NCBI GenBank assembly: GCA_965220855.1
Contig: CBDCQY010000002.1
Span: forward strand, 359,542 to 423,541
DNA length: 64,000 nucleotides
Source: Alphaproteobacteria bacterium
GTDB taxonomy: Bacteria; Pseudomonadota; Alphaproteobacteria; Bin95
Direction: 5' to 3'
This document shows positions 1 through 8,082 of this stretch, piece after piece. How positions within the stretch are numbered: position 1 is the first letter of the stretch; each line of letters opens with the position of its first letter. The notes below the pieces were generated by a model. That model was not told the origin of the DNA. It was given only the letters and a program-made list of their open reading frames with translations, and did not search any database. Both the position numbers and the translations under genes were made by a program.

Positions 1-505
1 GCCCGGCGACGCCGAGCTTGCCGGTGCGGGCGATCTTGGCCCGGATGCGCGGATCGTGGCGGAACCACTCGCCCTTGGGCTTGCCCGGATTGGCCTTCGC
101 CCATTCGGCGCCGAACCGGTTGGCGCGCGTCCAGTCGTCGTCCGGGCCGGCGCCCTTTTTGAACTGGACCGCGAACATGGGCAGCTTCGGGTTCTCGATC
201 AGCAGGCCATCGACGACGGCCTTGCGCCCGCAAAAAGGCAGCAGGTCGGCGATCGCGCCGGCGACGGGATCGAAATTCTTGGCGGCCGGGATCAGCCGGC
301 CCTCCTCGGTCAGCAGGCCCAGCTGGCGCTTGCCGGCGCCGCAATTCTCCGGGCAGTCGCCGGTGAGCTCGCAGACGATATCGACGACGGTGACCGTGAG
401 CCGCGCCTTCTCCTCATGCTTGATGTCCCAGTTCTCGGCGGCGAGCGCGGGGCCGGCCAGCAAGGCCAGCGCCGCCAGGGCGGACAGGATGCGCATCGGC
501 CTCAT
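1..505 (-). CDS. Secreted conserved hypothetical protein with D-x2-C...C-x3-C motif; 3' end runs off the window
   Basis: Not in the ORF track (no stop inside the window). Manual translation: MRPMRILSALAALALLAGPALA-AENWDIKHEEKARLTVTVVDIVCELTGDCPENCGAGKRQLGLLTEEGRLIPAAKNFDP...; signal peptide; its ATG (505-503) overlaps the TGA of the upstream ORF (ATGA coupling). Confidence 0.8.
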   Translation of the reverse strand, partial: MRPMRILSALAALALLAGPALAAENWDIKHEEKARLTVTVVDIVCELTGDCPENCGAGKRQLGLLTEEGRLIPAAKNFDPVAGAIADLLPFCGRKAVVDGLLIENPKLPMFAVQFKKGAGPDDDWTRANRFGAEWAKANPGKPKGEWFRHDPRIRAKIARTGKLGVAG

Positions 506-927
506 TTCCCGAACGGCACGATGCCGTGCTCCTCATGGGTCAGGTTGACGACGCCGCCATCCTCCGCGACCTCGGTCACCAGCAGATAGTTCACGCCGTC
601 GCGCCGGTAGAGGTCGCCATCGACCGTGACCCGGTGGGACTGGATGTCGATGACGCGCGGATTGTCCACCGGGTCCTCGCCCTCGATGCGCAGCACCATA
701 TAGACCTCGCCGTCATCGCCCCTGACGCCGACCGGGATGCCGCCGACGGCGCACCAGACGGCGCATTGGTGATGCGCCGTGCCCTCGGCGAACATCATCT
801 CGGTGATATAGCACCAGGTGTCGATGACCTCGCCCATGACCCGGACGCGCTCCGGCGTCGCCGCCTGCGCGCCGGCGCTCCAGGCGAGCGCCAGCAACGC
901 CGCCGCCGCCAATGGTTTCGCTCGCAT
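502..927 (-). CDS. Secreted conserved hypothetical protein (GEVIDTWCY...HHQCAVWC), possible metal-binding
   Basis: Signal peptide MRAKPLAAAALLALAWSAGAQA; GC-typical codon usage; Cys/His cluster. Confidence 0.85.
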   Translation of the reverse strand: MRAKPLAAAALLALAWSAGAQAATPERVRVMGEVIDTWCYITEMMFAEGTAHHQCAVWCAVGGIPVGVRGDDGEVYMVLRIEGEDPVDNPRVIDIQSHRVTVDGDLYRRDGVNYLLVTEVAEDGGVVNLTHEEHGIVPFGK

Positions 928-1043
928 CGCCTGGAATTCCTCCCTGTCCGACCGGCGTCCGGGCGGGACGGCCGGGGCGCAATTTTCGCTGTCTCCCGCT
1001 TCGCCGATGCGCTAGCATATCGGGTTAGCGGCGAGTGTGCTTG

Positions 1044-1059
1044 CCCCAACATATTGGGG
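1044..1059. promoter_or_regulatory. NrdR box 1
   Basis: ccccaacatattgggg matches the NrdR consensus core CwAtATaTwG; lies upstream of nrdA. Confidence 0.8.
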
Positions 1060-1074
1060 CTCTCGTTCGCCACG

Positions 1075-1090
1075 CCCCTATAAGTTGTGG
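1075..1090. promoter_or_regulatory. NrdR box 2
   Basis: cccctataagttgtgg, a weaker match 31 bp (start to start) after box 1, the usual tandem NrdR spacing. Confidence 0.7.
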
Positions 1091-1103
1091 TTGGAGGCAA
1101 GGC

Positions 1104-2978
1104 ATGGATGGCTTGGGCGGGTTGGAGCTCCGGGAGCGCGGCGGCGATGGCGCCACGCCGTTGCTGCCTCGGGCGGGCGAGCTCTGGCAGAACGAACGCG
1201 GGGTGCGCGTCCGCCTCGACCGGTCGCGCGACGGGCTGCTGACCCGCTTCGGCAGGGAGACGCTCACCGACCGCTATCTGATGCCGGGCGAATCGTGGCA
1301 GGACCTGTTCGCGCGCGTCGCCGGCCATTTCGCCGACGACAGCGCCCACGCCCAGCGCCTCTACGACTATATCTCCCGGCTCTGGTTCATGCCGGCCACC
1401 CCGGTGCTCTCCAATGGCGGCACCTCGAGGGGGCTGCCGATCTCCTGCTTCCTCAACGAGGCCGACGACAGCCTGGAGGGCATTGTCGGGCTGTGGAACG
1501 AGAATGTCTGGCTGGCGGCGCGCGGCGGCGGCATCGGCAGCTATTGGGGCAATCTGCGCTCGATCGGCGAGAAGGTCGGCCAGAACGGCCGCACCTCGGG
1601 CGTCATCCCCTTCGTGCGCGTCATGGATTCGCTGACGCTGGCCATCAGCCAGGGCAGCCTCCGGCGCGGCTCGGCGGCGGTCTATATGCAGGCGAGCCAC
1701 CCCGAGATCGAGGAATTCGTCGAGCTGCGCCGGCCCACCGGCGGCGACCCCAACCGCAAGGCGCTCAACCTGCATCACGGCGTGCTGCTGCCCGACGCCT
1801 TCATGCGCGCGGTCGAGGCGGACGGGGACTGGCCGCTGATCAGCCCGCGCGACCACAGCGTGCAGCGCCGCCTGCGCGCCCGCGACCTCTGGATTCGCAT
1901 CCTCACCGCGCGCATCGAGACGGGCGAACCCTATCTGGTCTTCATCGACCATGTGAACCGCGCCCGGCCGGAGCATCACAAGCTGGCCGGCCTCGACGTG
2001 AAGACCTCCAATCTCTGCGCCGAGATCATGCTGCCGACCGGCCCCGACCATCGCGGCGGCGAGCGCACGGCGGTCTGCTGCCTCTCCTCGCTCAACCTGG
2101 AGCGCTTCCCGGAGTGGGAGGGCGAGCCGGGCTTCATCGAGGATGTCATGCGCTTCCTCGACAATGTGCTGCAGGACTTCATCCACCGCGCGCCGGAGAG
2201 CATGCGCCGGGCGGCCTATGCGGCCATGCGCGAGCGCTCGGTCGGCCTGGGCGCCATGGGCTTCCACAGCTTTCTGCAGAGCCAGGGCGTGCCCTTCGAA
2301 TCGGTCATGGCGTCGGTGTGGAACCGGCGCATCTTCTCGCGCATCCGCGCGGACGCCGAGCGCGCCTCGCAGCGCCTCGCCGAAGAGCGCGGCCCCTGCC
2401 CGGACGCCGCCGATTTCGGCCTGCAGGAGCGCTTTTCCAACAAGACGGCGATCGCGCCGACCGCCTCCATCTCGATCATCTGCGGCGGGGCCTCACCCGG
2501 CATCGAGCCGCTGGCGGCCAACGCGTTCACCCACAAGACGCTCTCCGGCTCCTTCGCGGTGCGCAACCGCTATCTGGAGGCGGCGCTGGAGGAGGCCGGG
2601 CGCAATGACGAGGAGACCTGGTCGTCGATCACCGTCAATGAAGGCTCGGTGCAGCATCTCGACTTCCTGACCGAGGAGCAGAAGGCGGTGTTCAAGACCG
2701 CCTTCGAGCTGGACCAGCGCTGGATCGTCGATCTCGCCGCCGAGCGCGCGCCGATGGTCGATCAGGCGCAGTCCGTCAATCTGTTCCTGCCGGCCGACAT
2801 CCACAAGCGAGACCTGCACGGCCTGCACATGATGGCCTGGAAGCGCGGGCTGAAGAGCCTCTATTACTGCCGCTCGAAATCCCTGCAGCGCGCCGATGCG
2901 GTCGGCGGCCAGCGCGTGGCGCGGGCGGAGCGGCAGTGGCGACGGGTCGATTACGAGGAGTGCCTGGCATGTCAGTGA
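1104..2978 (+). CDS. nrdA: Class I ribonucleoside-diphosphate reductase alpha subunit (no ATP-cone)
   Basis: PISCFL, TSNLCAEI (catalytic N-x-C-x-E), AVCCLSS, SLYYCRS tyrosine pair, C-terminal EECLACQ; SD ggagg at 1093-1097. Confidence 0.95.
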   Translation: MDGLGGLELRERGGDGATPLLPRAGELWQNERGVRVRLDRSRDGLLTRFGRETLTDRYLMPGESWQDLFARVAGHFADDSAHAQRLYDYISRLWFMPATPVLSNGGTSRGLPISCFLNEADDSLEGIVGLWNENVWLAARGGGIGSYWGNLRSIGEKVGQNGRTSGVIPFVRVMDSLTLAISQGSLRRGSAAVYMQASHPEIEEFVELRRPTGGDPNRKALNLHHGVLLPDAFMRAVEADGDWPLISPRDHSVQRRLRARDLWIRILTARIETGEPYLVFIDHVNRARPEHHKLAGLDVKTSNLCAEIMLPTGPDHRGGERTAVCCLSSLNLERFPEWEGEPGFIEDVMRFLDNVLQDFIHRAPESMRRAAYAAMRERSVGLGAMGFHSFLQSQGVPFESVMASVWNRRIFSRIRADAERASQRLAEERGPCPDAADFGLQERFSNKTAIAPTASISIICGGASPGIEPLAANAFTHKTLSGSFAVRNRYLEAALEEAGRNDEETWSSITVNEGSVQHLDFLTEEQKAVFKTAFELDQRWIVDLAAERAPMVDQAQSVNLFLPADIHKRDLHGLHMMAWKRGLKSLYYCRSKSLQRADAVGGQRVARAERQWRRVDYEECLACQ

Positions 2979-3709
2979 CGCCGCTTGCCGGCAAGACCGC
3001 GCTGGTGACGGGCGCGAGCCGCAATATCGGGCGCGAGATCTGCCTCCGGCTCGCCCGGCTGGGCGCGGCGGTGGCGGTCAACACCCGCCGGTCGGCGGCG
3101 GCCGCCGAGGCGGTGGTGGACGAGATCGGGGCCGAGGGCGGCCGGGCTTCGCTGCATCTGGCGGATGTGACCGACGAGGCCGCCGTCGCCGCCATGGCGG
3201 AAGCGGTCGGGCCGGTGGATATCCTGGTCAACAACGCCGCCATCCGCCGCCATGTGCCGTTCCTCGATTCGACGCTGGCGGATTGGCGCGAGGCGCAGGC
3301 GGTCATCCTGGAGGGGGCCTTTCTGATGGCGCGCGCCGTGCTGCCGGCGATGCGGGCGCGCGGCTGGGGCCGGATCGTGAATATGGGCGGCGTTTCGGCG
3401 CATATGGGCATGGCCGAGCGCGCCCATGTGACCGCCGCCAAGGCCGGGCTGGTGGGCTTCACCAAGGGCCTGGCGACGGAGTTCGGGCGCGATGGCGTCA
3501 CGGTGAATTGCGTCGTGCCGGGCCTGATCGACACGGTGCGCGACGCGCACGGGCTCCGCCCGGAACAGGCGAGCCGTGTCCCCATCGCCGTCGGCCGCCA
3601 GGGCCGCCCGGAGGAAGTCGCCGCCACCGTCGCCCACCTCTGCCTCCCCGAAAGCGCCTACATCACCGGCGCCACCATCCACGTAAACGGCGGCGCCTAT
3701 CTCGGCTGA
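2969..3709 (+). CDS. Short-chain dehydrogenase/reductase, FabG-like, atypical active site
   Basis: TGASRNIG, NNAA, VNCVVPGLIDT, TGATIHVNGG; overlaps the nrdA stop by 10 nt. Confidence 0.9.
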   Translation: MSVTPLAGKTALVTGASRNIGREICLRLARLGAAVAVNTRRSAAAAEAVVDEIGAEGGRASLHLADVTDEAAVAAMAEAVGPVDILVNNAAIRRHVPFLDSTLADWREAQAVILEGAFLMARAVLPAMRARGWGRIVNMGGVSAHMGMAERAHVTAAKAGLVGFTKGLATEFGRDGVTVNCVVPGLIDTVRDAHGLRPEQASRVPIAVGRQGRPEEVAATVAHLCLPESAYITGATIHVNGGAYLG

Positions 3710-3725
3710 GGGGGAGGGAAGGGGC

Positions 3726-3914
3726 ATGTCGTCGGAAGAAAAAGCAAAACCGGCCAAAGGCGAACCGGAAGCGCCGACCGCCCCACCCCAGGACCTGGCC
3801 GCCTTCACCCAAGCCTGCTTCGCCCCCTTCGGCGGCGTCGAACTCGAACTCCCGCCACGCAGCCCGATGCGCGAACCGCCGGACTTGACCCATCTCCTCG
3901 ATCATCCGAAATAG
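3726..3914 (+). pseudogene. Probable truncated StbC/FitA-type antitoxin (C-terminal half only)
   Basis: FAPFGGVELELPPRSPMREPPDL resembles the C-terminus of ribbon-helix-helix plasmid-stabilisation antitoxins; the RHH N-terminus and a PIN toxin gene are absent. Recognition from memory. Confidence 0.55.
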
Positions 3915-3921
3915 ATGAACG

Positions 3922-4491
3922 TTACCGAGTCTTTATCGCTTCAGCGATCTCTTTCAATCCCTTTTTGAGAGTTTCAGAAATTTCACCTTCCTGGATCGAG
4001 AATCGGAGCGATGCAAATGGTCGAATATCTAAATTAAATTTTCGCTTTTCGCTCTTCAATTTTTTGTACCAAAATGGCTTCCATTGATAATTGACTATTA
4101 CCTCGAAGGGTTTCAAGTAGGTTTCGTCTCCGAAAAGATCATAGCTTATTCCAAAGATAGTGTCCATACTTCCTCCGGGCTCGATAATGCTGAAAGGAAC
4201 CGATGTTGATCGCCACGATAGATAGACATTATGAGCCTTGAAATCGTCTTCATCTGCGTTGATAATAATTGAGACGTTGTAAGCACTTCCCAAACCAAAA
4301 TTCGCAATGACGAGTTCCAGTAGCTTACTGTCCCGACGAGGCCGAAGAAAGCACTCGACCTGCGGTGTTACGCTTCGTGTAAGCGTACGATTCGCTACTC
4401 TCAGGCCAAGCCACAACACGAACAGTGTTGCGAGTGGCAGAATGAACGTTGTTGCAATGCCCCCGATACCACTCAACAAGCCTTCGGGCAT
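3922..4491 (-). CDS. Low-GC orphan protein with N-terminal transmembrane helix
   Basis: 189-aa ORF, TM stretch GGIATTFILPLATLFVLWLGL; the DNA is strongly AT-rich (17/60 G+C at 4021-4080) against the GC-rich flanks. Confidence 0.8.
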   Translation of the reverse strand: MPEGLLSGIGGIATTFILPLATLFVLWLGLRVANRTLTRSVTPQVECFLRPRRDSKLLELVIANFGLGSAYNVSIIINADEDDFKAHNVYLSWRSTSVPFSIIEPGGSMDTIFGISYDLFGDETYLKPFEVIVNYQWKPFWYKKLKSEKRKFNLDIRPFASLRFSIQEGEISETLKKGLKEIAEAIKTR

Positions 4492-4591
4492 GGTTCGTTA
4501 CTCCAATCTGTTGGAATGCTTGCGCCGATGCTGTTGGCGGTCTCCTGGTGGAACTCTGAAAGGGCCTCTGAGCCGGGCGCGCGCCCGCCCT

Positions 4592-5800
4592 TCAAGGCCG
4601 GCTCAGGCGGTACCAGGCCCAGGAGAGGGCTTGCAGGGTGAAGAGGGCGCCGAAGGCGACTTGGTAGGCGGCTTCGGGGTAGCGGCCGTCTTGCGGTTCC
4701 CAGAAGTCCAGCACGCCGCCGATGGCGTATTGCACCGCGAAGGCGCCGAGGAAGACCAGCAGGTTGAGCGCCGTGTTGGCGCGCCCGGCGAGTTCCGCCC
4801 CGAAATGGGCCGAGAGGTGGGCGTAGGCGAGGATGGTCATCTGGCCGGTCATGGCGAACAGGAGCCAGAAGCCCGTGCCCGGCGGCCAGAGGCCCAGCAG
4901 GATGCCGAGGAAGGAGGCGAGGAACACCGCGACGATCGCCTCCACCACGCTCATCAGCGCGACGCCGCGCCGCCCGGCCCAGTCTCCGAGCGCGCCGGAA
5001 AGCAGGATGCCGACAATGAACGCCACCGCCATCAGCGAGAGCGTGAAGGCGACCTCGCCCGCATCCAGCCCGCCGACATCGCGGAGCCAGGGCGCGGCCC
5101 AAAGCGTCTGCAGCGCGATATGCCCGCCGGCGGAGCCGGCCAGCATGGGCGCGAGGCTCCAGAACAGCCGGTCGCGATAGACCCGCCCGATGCCGGCCAG
5201 CTGGGCGCGGAAGCCGCCCGGACTCAGCATCTCCGGGCGCTCGCGCGGGGCCAGCAGCAGGATCGCCGCGCCGGAGAGCAGGATCGCCGCCGCCAGGCCC
5301 GCAAACACCGCCCGCCAGCCGAAGGCCGCCACCGCCAGATGGGCCGGCTCCGTCGCCGCCAGCACGCCGAAGCCGCCGAACACCATCACCAGCGAGTTGA
5401 ACAGCGGCACGCGCCCCGGCGGCGCCCAGAGCACCACCGCCTTGAAGGAGGCCATCAGCCCGCCGGCGAAGCCGAGCCCGATAAGCGCCCGCGCGACCAC
5501 CAGCACCTCCACCCGCTCGCCGAGCGCGAACAAGAGGCTGCCGGCGGCCGAGACCGCAAACAGCGCCGCCTGCACCCGGCGCGGCCCGAACCGGTCGAGC
5601 AGCGCGCCCAGGGGCAGCTGGAAGGCGCCGAAGGCGAACAGATAGGCGGCCGTCACCAGCCCCAGCCCCTCGGCCGAGACGCCGATATCGCGCTCCAGGT
5701 CCTTCACCACCACCGCGTTCACCGCGCGCAGCAGATAGGACATGAAATAGCCGAGGCCGAAGGGCGCGATGACCGCGACCCAGAGCCGTGCAGCGCTCAT
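4592..5800 (-). CDS. MFS transporter
   Basis: About 12 hydrophobic segments; motif A GALLDRFGPRRV. Confidence 0.92.
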   Translation of the reverse strand: MSAARLWVAVIAPFGLGYFMSYLLRAVNAVVVKDLERDIGVSAEGLGLVTAAYLFAFGAFQLPLGALLDRFGPRRVQAALFAVSAAGSLLFALGERVEVLVVARALIGLGFAGGLMASFKAVVLWAPPGRVPLFNSLVMVFGGFGVLAATEPAHLAVAAFGWRAVFAGLAAAILLSGAAILLLAPRERPEMLSPGGFRAQLAGIGRVYRDRLFWSLAPMLAGSAGGHIALQTLWAAPWLRDVGGLDAGEVAFTLSLMAVAFIVGILLSGALGDWAGRRGVALMSVVEAIVAVFLASFLGILLGLWPPGTGFWLLFAMTGQMTILAYAHLSAHFGAELAGRANTALNLLVFLGAFAVQYAIGGVLDFWEPQDGRYPEAAYQVAFGALFTLQALSWAWYRLSRP

Positions 5801-5809
5801 GCGCCCGCC

Positions 5810-6586
5810 TCACATTGCGGCAATGCCGCCATCCACGAAGAGTTCCGCCCCGGTGGTGAAGCTGCTTTCGTCCGAGGCCAGATAGAGGATCGCATAGGCG
5901 ACCTCCTCCGCCCGCCCGACGCGCCCGACCGGCACCTGCCGGGCGAGCTTGCCGAGCGCCGCCTCGGCCCCGAAGCGCTCCTTGTATCCGTCCAGGATCG
6001 GGGTGTCGATGAAGGTCGGGTGCACGGAGTTGCAGCGGATCGGCAGCCCCTGACGGGCGCAATGCAGCGCCACCGACTTGGAGAGATGGCGCACGCCCGC
6101 CTTGGCGGAGTTGTAGGCGGCCATATTGTGTCCGGCGATGACGCCGGCGATCGAGGAGATATTGACGATCGCGCCCGCCCCGCCGCTCTCGCGGCAATGG
6201 GCGGCGATGGCGGGAATGGCGTGCTTGCAGCCGAAGAACACGCCGTCCAGGTCTATGGCGTGCACCAGGCGCCATTCCTCATAGCTGATCTCGGTCACCG
6301 GCTTGGTGAGCCCGATGCCGGCGCTCTGCACCAGGATGTTGAGGCCGCCGAGCCGCTCGCACGCCTCCGCCACCGCGCCGATCCAGGCCTCCTCGTCGGC
6401 CACATCGTGGCGGATGAAGATCGCGCCCGCCCCGAGCCTTTCGGCCAGCGCGGCTCCGCCCGCCTCGTCGATATCGGTGATCGCCACGCGCGCGCCCTCG
6501 GCGACGAACATCTCCGCCGTCGCCGCCCCCAGTCCCGACGCGCCGCCGGTAATCATCGCCACCTTGCCGTCGATACGCCCGCTCAT
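5810..6586 (-). CDS. SDR family oxidoreductase (hydroxysteroid/cyclopentanol dehydrogenase-like)
   Basis: TGGASGLG, NISS, YNSAK, IRCNSVHP. Confidence 0.92.
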   Translation of the reverse strand: MSGRIDGKVAMITGGASGLGAATAEMFVAEGARVAITDIDEAGGAALAERLGAGAIFIRHDVADEEAWIGAVAEACERLGGLNILVQSAGIGLTKPVTEISYEEWRLVHAIDLDGVFFGCKHAIPAIAAHCRESGGAGAIVNISSIAGVIAGHNMAAYNSAKAGVRHLSKSVALHCARQGLPIRCNSVHPTFIDTPILDGYKERFGAEAALGKLARQVPVGRVGRAEEVAYAILYLASDESSFTTGAELFVDGGIAAM

Positions 6587-6601
6587 CTGCGTCGCCTCCC
6601 C

Positions 6602-7360
6602 CTATTTGGCGCAGAAACCGCCATCCACCACCAGTTCGGTTCCGTTCACGAAGCTCGACGCGTCCGAGGCCAGGAACAGCACGCATTCCGCCACCTCCTC
6701 GGGCCGCCCGATGCGCCCGAGCGGGATCGCGTCGGCCCGCGCCTCGATGGCGCGCTCGCCGAACCGCTCCCGGTCGGGATCGAGAATCGGCGTGTCGATC
6801 GGCCCCGGATGCACCGAGTTCGCGCGGATATTGTAGCCGCGCCGGCCGCAATGGAGCGCGATGGCCTTGGTGAGCAGGTGCACGCCGGCCTTGGCCGAGC
6901 AATAGGCGGCATAGACCGCCACGCCGCGCAGCGCGGCGACCGAGGAGATATTGACGATGGAGCCGCCGCCGCCCGCCGCCATGGCCGGCAGCGCCGCATG
7001 GCAGCCGCGATAGACGCTGTCGAGGCACACATCGTGCACCCGGCGCCAGCCCTCCAGCGTCTCCTGCTCGATGGTCGCCTTGGGCGCGATGCCGGCATTG
7101 TTGACCAGCACCGAGAGGCCGCCCGGCCCCCCGGCGGCGAGCGCCACGGCGCGCCGCCAGTCCTCTTCCGAGGTCACGTCATGGGCGAGCGCCGCGATGT
7201 CGCCCTCCGCGCCGGCCGCCGTCGCCTCCGCCGCGCCTTCGTCGATGTCGGTCGCGACCACCCGCGCGCCCTCCCGCGCCAGCAGCAGCGCCGTCGCCCG
7301 CCCGATGCCGGAGCCCGCGCCCGTCACCAGCGCCGTTCGGCCCTCCAGCCGTCCGCCCAT
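6602..7360 (-). CDS. SDR family oxidoreductase, paralogue of the adjacent SDR
   Basis: TGAGSGIG, NNAG, NISS, YCSAK, IRANSVHP; start reset to MGGRLEGR at 7360. Confidence 0.92.
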   Translation of the reverse strand: MGGRLEGRTALVTGAGSGIGRATALLLAREGARVVATDIDEGAAEATAAGAEGDIAALAHDVTSEEDWRRAVALAAGGPGGLSVLVNNAGIAPKATIEQETLEGWRRVHDVCLDSVYRGCHAALPAMAAGGGGSIVNISSVAALRGVAVYAAYCSAKAGVHLLTKAIALHCGRRGYNIRANSVHPGPIDTPILDPDRERFGERAIEARADAIPLGRIGRPEEVAECVLFLASDASSFVNGTELVVDGGFCAK

Positions 7361-7402
7361 GCCCGTCTCCCTTTCTTCCGCCGCGAACGCGGATTCTAGC
7401 CC

Positions 7403-7430
7403 CTTGAATAGCCGCCGCGCATCCCTATCT
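7403..7430 (+). promoter_or_regulatory. RpoH (sigma-32) heat-shock promoter
   Basis: CTTG-N17-CCTATCT, the alphaproteobacterial RpoH consensus, upstream of ibpA. Confidence 0.75.
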
Positions 7431-7436
7431 GACAAT

Positions 7437-7542
7437 CATCCGACGCTCGCCGGCAATCCGGGGGCGGCGGCAGGCGGTCCGGCCGCAGCGCGGCGGGCCT
7501 GGAAACACATCGACGATCGCTTCTCAAGGAGGATGACCGATG
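7437..7542 (+). ncRNA. ROSE-like RNA thermometer in the ibpA 5' UTR
   Basis: Terminal hairpin 7516-7534 AUCGCUUC-UCAA-GGAGGAU pairs the UCGCU motif with the Shine-Dalgarno and leaves a bulged G; the 5' boundary is estimated from the promoter. Confidence 0.7.
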
Positions 7543-8004
7543 ACGGCATTCGATTTCTCGCCTCTCCTGCGTTCGACCATCGGCTTCGAGCGCCTGATGA
7601 ACACCTTCGACCGCGCCATGCGCTCCGAGGAGGTGGGCGACCACTACCCGCCCTGCAACATCGTCAAGACCGGCGACCAGACCTACCGCATCGAGATGGC
7701 GGTGGCCGGCTTCTGCGAGCACGACCTCGCGGTCGAGGCCAAGGGCGACGAGCTGGTGATTACCGGCGAGCATTCCGAGAAGGAGCAGGAGCAGGGGCGC
7801 AGCTTCCTGCATCGCGGCATCGCCGCGCGGCAGTTCCGGCGCGCCTTCCGCCTTGCCGAGCATGTCAATGTGGCGGGCGCCAGGCTCGAAAACGGCCTGC
7901 TGACCGTGGAACTGGTCCGCGAAGTGCCGGAGGCGCTGAAGCCCCGCCGCATCGAGATCGAGGGCGGCGGCAGCGGCGCGCCGAGGATGGTCGCCGCCGC
8001 CTGA
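7540..8004 (+). CDS. ibpA: Small heat-shock protein, Hsp20/IbpA family
   Basis: FDFSPLLRSTIGFERL, YPPCNIVKTG, FLHRGIAARQFRRAFRLAEHV, LENGLL. Confidence 0.95.
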   Translation: MTAFDFSPLLRSTIGFERLMNTFDRAMRSEEVGDHYPPCNIVKTGDQTYRIEMAVAGFCEHDLAVEAKGDELVITGEHSEKEQEQGRSFLHRGIAARQFRRAFRLAEHVNVAGARLENGLLTVELVREVPEALKPRRIEIEGGGSGAPRMVAAA

Positions 8005-8034
8005 CGAGGGCCGCGCCCTCGCTCCGGCAGCCCG

Positions 8035-8068
8035 ACGCCGGGTCCCCCTCGGGGGCCCGGCGTTTTTC
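8035..8068 (+). terminator. Rho-independent terminator of ibpA
   Basis: acgccgggtcccc...gggggcccggcgt stem followed by a T-run. Confidence 0.75.
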
Positions 8069-8082
8069 CTGGCGGGGCTGCA

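Noticed and set aside
3915-4570. Integron cassette or insertion with target-site duplication (cgttac at 3920-3925 and 4496-4501)
   Set aside because: No attC-like inverted repeat and no integrase. The 6-bp repeat does not bound the low-GC segment, which continues to about 4570, so chance is plausible.
4307-7399. 1030-aa plus-strand ORF (similarly 8344-10806, 26968-29376, 36851-40882, 50779-53661, 58669-61851)
   Set aside because: These are antisense shadows of recognisable genes. High GC suppresses stop codons, and the translations are Arg/Gly/Ala-rich with no motifs.
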